From NCBI GenBank assembly GCA_002493085.1, contig DKXQ01000261.1, forward strand, positions 340 to 51,107: DNA of 50,768 nt, written 5' to 3'. A model generated the notes under the pieces. That model had not been told where the DNA came from. It was given only the letters and a program-made list of their open reading frames with translations, and did no database searches. Shown in pieces: positions 1 through 9,097 of the stretch. A program made the position numbers and the translations under genes. Positions within the stretch are counted from its first letter, which is position 1; the number at the start of each line of letters is the position of its first letter. Source of the stretch: Lachnoclostridium sp. UBA7122. Lineage in GTDB: Bacteria; Bacillota; Clostridia; Lachnospirales; Lachnospiraceae.

Positions 1-411
1 TATATTACAAAGCCCTTTAATCCCTTAGAAGTAACAGCCAGAGTAAAAACACAGCTTCGGCGGTATATGCACTATAACAATTCCGTTTCCGCACAGGGCG
101 AGCCTGCCTGCGAATACGATATTCGTGGACTTGTTATCAACAAAAATACCCACAAGTGTCTGCTCTTTGGAAAGGAACTGTCCCTGACTCCCATTGAATT
201 TTCCATCCTCTGGTATCTCTGTGAACGTCAGGGAATTGTTGTTCCCTCAGAGGAATTGTTTGAAGCAGTATGGGGAGAGAAATACATAAGCAGCAATAAT
301 AACACAGTTATGGCCCATATAGGGCGCTTGAGGGAGAAGCTGCACGAATCAGCAAAAAAGCCAAAATTTATAATAAATGTATGGGGAGTTGGATATACCA
401 TTGAAAAATAA
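1..411 (+). CDS. vanR: OmpR-family response regulator VanR (vanG-type), 5'-truncated by the window edge
   Basis: Frame 1 is open from base 1 (YITKPFNPLEVTARVKTQLRRY), then a winged-helix domain (LTPIEFSIL...VMAHIGRLREKL...VWGVGY); directly upstream of vanS-ligase-vanT. Confidence 0.9.
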   Translation, partial: YITKPFNPLEVTARVKTQLRRYMHYNNSVSAQGEPACEYDIRGLVINKNTHKCLLFGKELSLTPIEFSILWYLCERQGIVVPSEELFEAVWGEKYISSNNNTVMAHIGRLREKLHESAKKPKFIINVWGVGYTIEK

Positions 412-1534
412 AATATTTAGAAAAGAGGATGACTTTGGCCAGTTTAAAAACCTGGTTTTTTCACGTACTATACTGATGGTTATCATTGCTGTTTTTATTA
501 TCCATTTTGTGTATGGTTTTTTCTGGAAAGGGAAATTTGCAAACCTGGCTGTTATTGTATTCCAAAGGTTATTTGATATAGACTATGTACAGGCTTTAAA
601 ACTCTACCAGATGACATTGCGCAATAATATGGATTTGATATTTATGGTTATGATAGCAGTTGTGTTTTTTATTATATTCCGCATATATTTAAACTGGTTT
701 GTAAAATATTTTATGGAAATCAATAAAGGCATTGATGCTTTAATAAATGAAGGAACTGGGGAAGTATTGCTGCCAGCAGAGCTGTCGGCTATAGAAAAGA
801 AGATAAATACAATTAAACATACCCTTGAAAAAAGAAAATTGGACACACAACTGGCGGAACAGCGTAAAAACGACCTGGTTGTTTATCTTGCCCACGATTT
901 AAAAACCCCGCTTGCTTCAGTTATTGGCTATTTAAACCTGTTGCACGATGAGAAACAAATATCTGGAAAGTTAAGGCAGAAATATATTTCTGTTTCTTTA
1001 AATAAAGCAGAACGTCTTGAAGACCTGGTTAATGAGTTTTTTGAAATAGCCAAATTTAATTTAACAAATATTGTACTGCAGTACAGCAGGATAAACCTTA
1101 CACGCCTGCTTGAAATGCTTTTATACGAATTTAAGCCAATGTTTAAAGAAAAGAACCTGGACTGCCATCTTAGTATTGCAGAGGATACTATGTTAAGATG
1201 CGATGCAGATAAAATACAGCGTGTGTTCGATAATCTTTTGAAAAATGCTGTTAGTTATAGCTTTGATGGCACTGGTATAAATATTACAGTAACAGGGCAG
1301 GATGAAAACCTGGTCATTACATTCACTAACTATGGCGATACTATTCCAGAAGAAAAACTGGAACGGATATTTGAACAGTTTTACAGGCTTGACTCTTCAC
1401 GTGGCACAGGCAAAGGCGGGGCAGGGCTTGGACTGGCCATTGCCAGACAGATAGTGCAGCTTCACAATGGTACACTTTCGGCAAAAAGCAGTGATGGGCT
1501 TACAGAGTTTAAAGTTATACTGCCTTGTAAGTGA
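401..1534 (+). CDS. vanS: Sensor histidine kinase VanS (vanG-type)
   Basis: Two N-terminal TM stretches, H-box LAHDLKTPL, N-box NLLKNA, G2 box GGAGLGLAIA; probable TTG start at 401 overlapping the vanR end (ORF track starts at 377). Confidence 0.88.
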   Translation: MKNKIFRKEDDFGQFKNLVFSRTILMVIIAVFIIHFVYGFFWKGKFANLAVIVFQRLFDIDYVQALKLYQMTLRNNMDLIFMVMIAVVFFIIFRIYLNWFVKYFMEINKGIDALINEGTGEVLLPAELSAIEKKINTIKHTLEKRKLDTQLAEQRKNDLVVYLAHDLKTPLASVIGYLNLLHDEKQISGKLRQKYISVSLNKAERLEDLVNEFFEIAKFNLTNIVLQYSRINLTRLLEMLLYEFKPMFKEKNLDCHLSIAEDTMLRCDADKIQRVFDNLLKNAVSYSFDGTGINITVTGQDENLVITFTNYGDTIPEEKLERIFEQFYRLDSSRGTGKGGAGLGLAIARQIVQLHNGTLSAKSSDGLTEFKVILPCK

Positions 1535-1613
1535 ATTGTAAGTAATTCAGCAGAAAACCTTAAGGGTATCTTATGCATAAACTAATAAAATACGCTCCCA
1601 GTTCTGGTACAAT
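1525..1613 (+). promoter_or_regulatory. Putative VanR-activated promoter of the ligase-vanT operon
   Basis: Heptamers at 11-bp period (TTGTAAG 1525, TTGTAAG 1536, degenerate TCAGCAG 1547, CCTTAAG 1558, TCTTATG 1569); extended -10 TGgTACAAT 1605-1613; no recognisable -35. Confidence 0.6.
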
Positions 1614-1645
1614 TACCATACTAAAGCAAGAAAGAGGTGTTAAAT

Positions 1646-2695
1646 ATGCATAAGAAAAAAATTGCTGTTTTGTTTGGAGGCTGTTCTGCAGAGTATGAGG
1701 TATCACTACAGTCATCATATGCAGTTTTAGAAAACATAAACAAAGACAAGTTTGATATTATACCTATTGGGATTACACGGGATGGGGACTGGTACCATTA
1801 CACAGGGACATATGGAAAAATTGCTGGCAATACATGGTTTAAAGACAGCAAAAACATATTTCCTGTTGTAGTTTCACAAAACCGTTCCATAAAAGGACTG
1901 CTTGAGTTTTGTGGGGAAAGTTTTAATATTATTAAACTTGATTTAATGTTTCCTGTTTTACATGGCAAAAATGGTGAAGATGGTACAGTACAGGGACTAT
2001 TTGAACTGGCAGGCATACCTGTTATTGGGTGTGGCACATTGTCGTCTGCAATTTGCATGGATAAGGACAGGGCACATAAGCTTGCCAGTGCTTCTGGCAT
2101 AGCTGTGCCAGAAGCATTAACTTTTAGGCATTTTAATAAAAAGGAGGCGGTAAAGGAAATCAATGCCCGTTTAAAGTACCCTGTTTTTGTCAAGCCACTG
2201 CGCCAGGGCTCATCATTTGGGATAACAAAAGTGACAAAAAGCTGTGAGCTTGGTGCTGCTTTAGAGCTGGCTTTTAAATATGATACTGAAGTTATTGCTG
2301 AAGAGGCAATTAGTGGGTTTGAAACAGGCTGTGCTGTAATGGGCAATGATATACTTTTTACTGGAAGAGTCGATGAAATTGAGTTACAGGAGGGTTTCTT
2401 TGACTATACTGAAAAATATACTTTGAAATCATCAAAGATTTATATGCCAGCAAGAATTGATGTCCAGACAGAAAAACGGATACAAGAAACTGCCATGGCA
2501 ATTTATAAAGCCCTTGGGTGTTCTGGATTTGCGAGGGTTGATATGTTTCTTGAGCCAGGAGGCAGGATTGTTTTTAATGAAGTAAATACAATTCCTGGTT
2601 TTACTTTGCACAGCCGCTATCCAAATATGATGAAAGGTGCCGGGCTGTCTTTTACAGAAATGTTAGATAAACTAGCTGGATTGTATATTAAGTGA
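1646..2695 (+). CDS. vanG: D-alanine--D-serine ligase, VanG-type
   Basis: Ddl fold (GGCSAEYEVS, HGKNGEDG, EVNTIPGFT); omega-loop FFDYTEKYT and HSRYP typical of D-Ala-D-Ser ligases; next to vanT; SD AGAGGTG favours ATG 1646. Confidence 0.88.
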   Translation: MHKKKIAVLFGGCSAEYEVSLQSSYAVLENINKDKFDIIPIGITRDGDWYHYTGTYGKIAGNTWFKDSKNIFPVVVSQNRSIKGLLEFCGESFNIIKLDLMFPVLHGKNGEDGTVQGLFELAGIPVIGCGTLSSAICMDKDRAHKLASASGIAVPEALTFRHFNKKEAVKEINARLKYPVFVKPLRQGSSFGITKVTKSCELGAALELAFKYDTEVIAEEAISGFETGCAVMGNDILFTGRVDEIELQEGFFDYTEKYTLKSSKIYMPARIDVQTEKRIQETAMAIYKALGCSGFARVDMFLEPGGRIVFNEVNTIPGFTLHSRYPNMMKGAGLSFTEMLDKLAGLYIK

Positions 2696-2736
2696 TAAAA
2701 ACTGGCAGATTATTGTGACAGTCTGGAGGAAAGAAA

Positions 2737-4878
2737 ATGGATAAAGATAAATACTATACGGGCATTGATAATTTCAGGCTGGCTGCAGCTTTGCTGGTTA
2801 TTGCTATCCATACCTCGCTGTTTAAGTCTTTTAGTGAAACAGGTGACTTTATATTCACAAAGATTATAGCCCGGGTGGCAGTTCCATTCTTTTTTATGGC
2901 ATCTGGATTTTTTCTGGTTTCAAGATATTCTTATAATACAGAAAAGTTAATTGTTTTTTTGAAAAAGACAGCTTTAATTTATGGCATTGCCATACTTTTA
3001 TACATACCTGTCAATATTTATAATGGATATTTTAAAATGGATAACATTATGCCAAATATAATTAAAGACATTGTATTTGATGGCACTTTATACCATCTAT
3101 GGTACCTTCCAGCATCAATGGCTGGTGCAGTTATCTCATGGCATCTTGTAAAGAAGCATGGCTATAAAAAAGCACTGGCCATTTCCGCTGCTTTTTATGT
3201 GGCTGGTTTATGTGGGGACAGTTATTATGGCATAGCTGCAAAGATTCCTGTACTAAAAGACTTTTACAGCCTTATTTTCCAGGTGTCTGGTTATACAAGA
3301 AATGGAATTTTCTTTGCCCCTGTATTTTTTGTACTGGGTGGTTTTATATCTGACAGCCGCAGGAAAGTGGCATTTAGCAAAAGCATTATTTATTTTGTAA
3401 TAAGTTTTGTGCTTATGCTTGCTGAAGGTATGCTGTTGCACTATTTTAAGATACAGCGCCATGACAGCATGTATATATTTCTGCTGCCATGTATGTATTT
3501 TTTATTCAATATTCTGCTGCATATAGAAGGAAAGCGCTTTAAAAATATAAGAACAGCATCTTTAGTAATTTATATTATACATCCATTGGTTATTGTACTG
3601 GTGCGGCTGTCTGCAAAACTGCTGCATATACAAGGGCTGCTTATTGAAAACAGCATAGTGCACTATTTTGCAGTCTGCCTGTTATCAGTAATAACTGGCA
3701 TAGCGGCAGCAGTTTTGTTGAATAAGAAACTTGTAAAAACAAAATATGATACTAAAACTGCAAGGGCTTATATAGAGATTGATTTAAAAAGCCTTGAGCA
3801 CAATGTAAAAGTTTTAAAGCTGGCAATGCCGCCAAATTGTGAACTTATGGCTGTTGTAAAAGCACAGGCTTATGGGCATGGCGCATTTGAGGTTTCTGTA
3901 CATCTTAACAAAATAGGCATAAGGGCATTTGCAGTTGCAACAGCTGACGAGGGGATTAAACTTAGGAAATATGGCATAGTGGGAGAAATACTTGTACTTG
4001 GCTATACAGATGTGGCCAGGGCATACGAATTGTCAAAATATGGTTTAACACAGACAATTATAGATGCTGGCTATGCAAATGCCTTAAATAGACAAGGAGT
4101 TTCCATAAAATGCCATATAAAAATAGATACAGGCATGCACCGTCTGGGGGCAGACTACCGTGATATCTGGAACATAGAAAAAATATTTACGATGAAAAAT
4201 ATAAAAGTGTGTGGCATGTTTACCCACCTGTGCTGTGCAGACAGTACAAAGCCTGGTGATGTTTTATTTACAAAAAACCAGATTGGAAAGTTTTACAATC
4301 TGGTATCTGCGCTGGAAGAAGACGGCATAAAAGTGCCAAAGCTGCACATACAGAGCAGTTATGGTTTCTTAAACTATCCAGGACTTAAATGCAGTTATGT
4401 AAGGGCTGGCATAGCCCTTTATGGAGTGTTAAGTTCACCATATGACAGCACTTTATTAAAACCAGACCTGCATCCTGTGCTGTCTCTTAAAAGTAAAGTT
4501 ATACTTATACGCCAGGTGATGAAAGGTGAAAGTGTTGGGTATGGCAGGGATTTTAAAGCAGAACGTGACAGCCTGGTTGCAATAGTGCCCGCAGGATATG
4601 GGGACGGTTTCCCAAGAAGCCTGTCATGTGGCAGAGGCAGCGTATTAATTAACCAGTGCCGTGTACCAGTAATCGGGCGTATATGCATGGACCAGCTGGC
4701 TATTGATATAACAGATGTGGGGGATGTTACTGTAGGCACTCCCGTAACACTGGTTTGTGCGGAAGAAGACAGCAGACTGTCTGCACCTTATGTTGCAGAC
4801 AGTTATGGAAGCATAAGCAATGAACTTTTGTGCAGGATGGGGGCAAGGCTGCCTGTTATAGTAAAATATGGCTCTTAA
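2737..4878 (+). CDS. vanT: Membrane-bound serine racemase VanT
   Basis: Multi-TM acyltransferase-3-like N-terminus (HLWYL, RNGIFFAP) fused to an alanine-racemase domain with PLP lysine AVVKAQAYGHG, DTGMHRLG, GRICMDQ. Confidence 0.92.
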   Translation: MDKDKYYTGIDNFRLAAALLVIAIHTSLFKSFSETGDFIFTKIIARVAVPFFFMASGFFLVSRYSYNTEKLIVFLKKTALIYGIAILLYIPVNIYNGYFKMDNIMPNIIKDIVFDGTLYHLWYLPASMAGAVISWHLVKKHGYKKALAISAAFYVAGLCGDSYYGIAAKIPVLKDFYSLIFQVSGYTRNGIFFAPVFFVLGGFISDSRRKVAFSKSIIYFVISFVLMLAEGMLLHYFKIQRHDSMYIFLLPCMYFLFNILLHIEGKRFKNIRTASLVIYIIHPLVIVLVRLSAKLLHIQGLLIENSIVHYFAVCLLSVITGIAAAVLLNKKLVKTKYDTKTARAYIEIDLKSLEHNVKVLKLAMPPNCELMAVVKAQAYGHGAFEVSVHLNKIGIRAFAVATADEGIKLRKYGIVGEILVLGYTDVARAYELSKYGLTQTIIDAGYANALNRQGVSIKCHIKIDTGMHRLGADYRDIWNIEKIFTMKNIKVCGMFTHLCCADSTKPGDVLFTKNQIGKFYNLVSALEEDGIKVPKLHIQSSYGFLNYPGLKCSYVRAGIALYGVLSSPYDSTLLKPDLHPVLSLKSKVILIRQVMKGESVGYGRDFKAERDSLVAIVPAGYGDGFPRSLSCGRGSVLINQCRVPVIGRICMDQLAIDITDVGDVTVGTPVTLVCAEEDSRLSAPYVADSYGSISNELLCRMGARLPVIVKYGS

Positions 4879-4903
4879 ATATTTACAGAACAAAATGGCA
4901 GTT

Positions 4904-6601
4904 TTATGAATTCATTACCAGACACTCTTTTTTATAAAAACAAATGCCATATTTAAGTATATCTGTATAGCCCTCTTCCTTTATATCACTGTCATAATGA
5001 AGCTTTTCTATCTGTTTTAGTGCTGCTGCACAGCCTTTTTCCAGCCCGTTTATGCTGTCTGCCACCTTTAGTTCAAGTATTATTGCCCTGCCCTGCCGTA
5101 TCCTTTGTGTTTTAAGGGATAAGTCATACCTTCCGGTACCGCTTTCCCTGTTGGATTTTACAATATATCTGCCATTGTGTTTTAACAGTCCTGCAATAAA
5201 ACCATGATAATAGTCTTCTTTGTAATCATAGAAACTTATTGTATCTATAAGCTGGCCTGTAATAATATCAGATGCAGTTTTACAGTTTCCCTCTTCAAAT
5301 GCTTTTACAAGCCCTGATAAATCCTGCTTTTCTATACACCTGCCAGACCATTCCCTTATACTATTTTTGTATATATAGAGAATTTCTTTATTAGGGATGG
5401 TCATAGAAAAGTATATTTGTTGTTCTATAAAACTTTTTTTTACAACTTTAAGATAGCCTGTAAAAAAAAGGAAATTCCATAAATTATCTTGTGATTTGTA
5501 AATATCAGCATAAGTAATATCTTCATGTATTGGTTTTTCTATTGCCCTGCCTGCAATAAGTTCTTCAAGTTCACGTTTTGTACTGCCAGTGGAATTTTCA
5601 ATTAATTCATGTACAATGCTGTTAGATGAGGTGTTAGACCAGTAAGGTTTGGGAAATTCTGTATTTCTGCGGGTAATATCTTTTACATAGTTTATTACAC
5701 TCCATGGGTTATATACTTCTGTATCTCCAAAAAGATAGCCATTATACCAGTCTTTTACTTCATTTCTCCTTTGTATTATATTATAAGAATCAAGAAAACC
5801 ATCAACTTCATCTTGTGTAAAACCAAAATATTCTGCGTAATCTTCATTAAGCAAAGATATAATATCAAGATTATTGAGCCCTGTAAATATGCTTTCCCTG
5901 CTTATGCGCAGACAGCCTGTAATTACAGCAAATTTGAGGCTGTCATTTGTTTTTAGCGCAGATTCAAATAATGAACGGATAAAAGAAACCATCTGGTCAT
6001 AAAAGCCACTAAAATAAGCATTTTCAAGCGGTACATCATATTCATCAAGCAGTATTATTACTTTCTGCCTGTGGTGTTTTTCAAGACATTCTGATAAAAA
6101 CTGCAATGCTGTGGAGTATACAGACATGGGTGCAGTCTTTTCTATAATAGACAGGAATTCTTTTTTTTCTGATGGAAACAAAGTACTGCTATCTAATATA
6201 TAACTGTGTCTTTTATATTCCCTTGATACTGCTATTTGTAATTTTTCCAGTGCTGTTTCATATGATGGCTGTTTTGCTGATTTTAAAGACAAGGATATTA
6301 CAGGGTATTTTCCCATATGTCTTGTATATTCTTCTCCTGCGTCCATGATTTTTTTACCTTGGAAATATACAGAATTATCTGCTGTTGTACCATCTGGCAG
6401 GATTTCATTTTCAAAAAATGTTTTTAACATGCTCTGGACTAATGTTTTCCCAAAACGCCTTGGGCGTGTAAAAAGAGTAGCAGTAATCCCCTGTTCTAGT
6501 ATATCCCGTATTAACAAGGTCTTATCTACATAATAGTATCCATTATCTATCATCTGCTTGTAAAATTCAACACCTATAGGTATTGGCCTGGACTGTCCCA
6601 T
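4904..6601 (-). CDS. AAA-ATPase-like protein with C-terminal PD-(D/E)XK nuclease domain
   Basis: YYVDKT, Walker A RPRRFGKT, Walker B LLDEYD, YNPWSV; C-terminal GRYDL...IILELK; SD AAGGAGGTG. Confidence 0.88.
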   Translation of the reverse strand: MGQSRPIPIGVEFYKQMIDNGYYYVDKTLLIRDILEQGITATLFTRPRRFGKTLVQSMLKTFFENEILPDGTTADNSVYFQGKKIMDAGEEYTRHMGKYPVISLSLKSAKQPSYETALEKLQIAVSREYKRHSYILDSSTLFPSEKKEFLSIIEKTAPMSVYSTALQFLSECLEKHHRQKVIILLDEYDVPLENAYFSGFYDQMVSFIRSLFESALKTNDSLKFAVITGCLRISRESIFTGLNNLDIISLLNEDYAEYFGFTQDEVDGFLDSYNIIQRRNEVKDWYNGYLFGDTEVYNPWSVINYVKDITRRNTEFPKPYWSNTSSNSIVHELIENSTGSTKRELEELIAGRAIEKPIHEDITYADIYKSQDNLWNFLFFTGYLKVVKKSFIEQQIYFSMTIPNKEILYIYKNSIREWSGRCIEKQDLSGLVKAFEEGNCKTASDIITGQLIDTISFYDYKEDYYHGFIAGLLKHNGRYIVKSNRESGTGRYDLSLKTQRIRQGRAIILELKVADSINGLEKGCAAALKQIEKLHYDSDIKEEGYTDILKYGICFYKKECLVMNS

Positions 6602-6629
6602 GAGAACAACACCTCCTTTAGATATCTAT

Positions 6630-6658
6630 AATATATCATATATAAAAATAGTTTTCAA
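6630..6658 (-). promoter_or_regulatory. Sigma-A type promoter of the ATPase-nuclease gene
   Basis: Minus strand TTGAAA-N17-TATATT with TG extension. Confidence 0.55.
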
Positions 6659-6738
6659 TCTTGTTTTTTCCAGCAATATGCCGATATAGTTTTATAAATC
6701 TGGAAATAAAAATAACTAAATATGCGGAAGGAGACAGA

Positions 6739-7326
6739 ATGGATACTGTTTTAGCAAGGAAAAATATGAATGATACTAATAAGATATGGCAGGATGCTAT
6801 AGATGCGCTTATAGACCCTGCAGCGGATATGGATGAAAAAGAGAGCGCAAAGTATTTAAGCAAGATTATGGCGAAACTTAAAAATGGGAAGAAGCTTTCA
6901 ACAGATGAGATGGAGTATTTAAGGCTGCACGAACCACAGCTCTATGCAACAGCTATGCGTGTCCAGCACAAAAAGGAAGCCCTGGCACACCGCCTTAAAA
7001 ACTGCAGGTCAAAACAGGAAGCCCAGGACATTATAGATACTGCAATAGGTGGTATCAGTAAAGATGACCCTGACAAGGAATATATTCTTGCAGGGCTAAA
7101 GGAAGTTGAAAAAGAATTTAAAGATTCAAAGTTTTATAAAAAACTTCCTGACAAAGAGCAGGATACAGAGAGAAGGAAACTATTAAAATACTTATCTGGC
7201 AGTGGCTTTGATGAAGAAAGTGAAGAAAACTATGATATCTGGCAGACTGACAAGTTTATGGGCAGCAATGCCACACCAATAGCTGAACTGCTGGATGTCC
7301 TGCCAGTATTTGAAGCAAAAGCATAA
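6739..7326 (+). CDS. Hypothetical charged helical protein
   Basis: Open frame 6661-7326; SD GAAGGAG favours ATG 6739; contains KLKNGKKLSTDEMEYLR; GCCGATAT (sigma-28-like -10) at 6680. Confidence 0.75.
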   Translation: MDTVLARKNMNDTNKIWQDAIDALIDPAADMDEKESAKYLSKIMAKLKNGKKLSTDEMEYLRLHEPQLYATAMRVQHKKEALAHRLKNCRSKQEAQDIIDTAIGGISKDDPDKEYILAGLKEVEKEFKDSKFYKKLPDKEQDTERRKLLKYLSGSGFDEESEENYDIWQTDKFMGSNATPIAELLDVLPVFEAKA

Positions 7327-7348
7327 AGAAATATACCTAAAATTACAG

Positions 7349-7376
7349 TAATATTTGCAGCCTTCAGACATAGATT
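7349..7376 (+). promoter_or_regulatory. Sigma-E-like sporulation promoter
   Basis: TAATATT-N13-CATAGATT upstream of the deacetylase. Confidence 0.45.
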
Positions 7377-7421
7377 TTATAAAACGGCAAATATGTCTGG
7401 AAAAAGGCGGTATAGTAATTT

Positions 7422-8189
7422 ATGGAAAGTAAAAAAGAAAAGGCATTTTGCATAGCTGCAGTCCTTATCATATGTGCATGCATGCTTATAGAGAGGGCAG
7501 GTTACAGGAGCAGGGAAATAAAAGAAACAGAGAGCTATGGTGTAGACAATAACTCATCAGGTACAGAAAGTAAAAAGACAGCATTTCTTACATTTGATGA
7601 CGGACCTAGCTGCCTTACAGCACAATATCTTGATATACTTAAAGAAGAAGGTGCAAAGGCGACATTTTTCCTTATAGGGCAGCAAATTGATGATGAAATG
7701 TCAAAAATTATTAAAAGGGAAATAGATGAAGGGCATGAAATCGGGATTCACACTTACTGTCATGAAGCCAATGCAATTTATGCTACAGAAGATTCCTGTT
7801 ATCAGGATGTAATGAAGATAAAAGACCAGCTTGAAAGGCAGTTTAATTATAAAGCAAAATTAGTCAGGTTTCCATGGGGCAGTGCAAATGGCTATATGAG
7901 CCCGTTCCGGACAAATATTATTGACAGGATTCATAAAAACGGACTGGAGTACCAGGACTGGAATGTAAGTGCTGAAGATTCTGTAGGAACGCCTACTGTT
8001 GATTCTATATTAAGCAATATAAGGAAAGATTATAAAAAATATGATGAACCTGTAATCCTTATGCATGATTCGGGCTGCAACAGGAAAACACTTGAAGCAC
8101 TGCGCAGCATAATAAAAGAATTAAAAGCAGACGGATATGGTTTTGCTACATTGTCTGAACGGAAAAATCCCTGCCATTTCCTTGAATAA
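7422..8189 (+). CDS. Polysaccharide (peptidoglycan) deacetylase, CE4/NodB family, N-terminal membrane anchor
   Basis: Motifs TFDDGP, HTYCH, RFPWG, LMHD; hydrophobic N-terminus. Confidence 0.9.
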   Translation: MESKKEKAFCIAAVLIICACMLIERAGYRSREIKETESYGVDNNSSGTESKKTAFLTFDDGPSCLTAQYLDILKEEGAKATFFLIGQQIDDEMSKIIKREIDEGHEIGIHTYCHEANAIYATEDSCYQDVMKIKDQLERQFNYKAKLVRFPWGSANGYMSPFRTNIIDRIHKNGLEYQDWNVSAEDSVGTPTVDSILSNIRKDYKKYDEPVILMHDSGCNRKTLEALRSIIKELKADGYGFATLSERKNPCHFLE

Positions 8190-8228
8190 GCAGGGATTTC
8201 CAGACACAGACATAGTGTTACAACCTAA

Positions 8229-8570
8229 TCAGTCTTTATTGGCGATATCAAGAGCAATCTGGTATATATGCTGTGCCTGGTCAGGGGTAAGTTTTCTGAG
8301 GATGTTCTCAAATGGGTCTGCAGGAAGCGGGTTTTTGTAACCAATATCAAAAAAGTCTTTTGGTTCTATTCCAATATAATCGCAGATGCAAAAGAAAGAT
8401 GACATGGATGGAAGGTTTCTGCCAGCTTCTATTGCATTTATGTAATTTTTATTTTGTCCGAGGGCAAGACTCATTTCACGTGCGCTTATATTTTTGCACT
8501 CCCTTAATTTTGCAAGTCTTAAGCCAAATGTTTTTTTGTCATAGATAGAAATGTCATTGGTATAGTTCAT
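8229..8570 (-). CDS. XRE-family helix-turn-helix transcriptional regulator
   Basis: RLAKLRECKNISAREMSLALGQNKNYINAIEAGRNLPS; SD AAGGAG. Confidence 0.88.
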   Translation of the reverse strand: MNYTNDISIYDKKTFGLRLAKLRECKNISAREMSLALGQNKNYINAIEAGRNLPSMSSFFCICDYIGIEPKDFFDIGYKNPLPADPFENILRKLTPDQAQHIYQIALDIANKD

Positions 8571-8858
8571 AATATGTCTCCTTTTCTTGTAAATGTAATA
8601 TGTCTAAAAAGATGTGGCATTTTGATAAGTATGTTCTTTTAAGAATTTTAACAAGATTTTTATAAAACCCACCACGTTGGTTCTGGAAAACTGAAATTAT
8701 TAACTGCTTATAAGAGGCATTATGTAGTATGAAACATTTTTCACAAGGTTTTATATATTTGAATAGCAGTTTTCAGGCAAAAATGCAAAATTTTTAACTG
8801 GAGAATTAGAAGTTACTCTTGGTATTATTCTAGGTAAAATTCTGGAATATTATAATTT

Positions 8859-8896
8859 GTGGCGAAAACCCTCATAACTATGAGGATGAAAGCCAC
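8859..8896 (+). repeat. Interrupted palindrome resembling an IS200/IS605-type end hairpin
   Basis: GTGGC-gaaaac-CCTCATA-ac-TATGAGG-atgaaa-GCCAC; no transposase nearby; family resemblance is from recall only. Confidence 0.5.
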
Positions 8897-8910
8897 TTTT
8901 AAAATTTCTA

Positions 8911-8939
8911 TTGACTATTACAATCAAATATATTAAAAT
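8911..8939 (+). promoter_or_regulatory. Sigma-A type promoter driving the structured leader and probably glmM
   Basis: TTGACT-N17-TAAAAT. Confidence 0.75.
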
Positions 8940-8945
8940 ATATTT

Positions 8946-9097
8946 AACAACTGAATATTGGTGGTTCTACGAAGCCGCCTTTTCGTAGGTAAAATGTTCA
9001 AAGCATTAAGTTCGTATTTGAACAGGCAGAGTAGTCAGGTTAAAATCAATATTGCAATTCAGTCTGGCAGCCACTCCTGCTGGCAAAAGGCCAGATT
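8946..9097 (+). ncRNA. Candidate structured RNA / glmM 5' leader, family unassigned
   Basis: Several complementary segments: 8960-65/8974-79, 8967-73/8982-88, 8995-9002/9017-24, 9025-41/9061-81, 8954-62/9045-53, 9080-84/9090-94. Confidence 0.55.
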
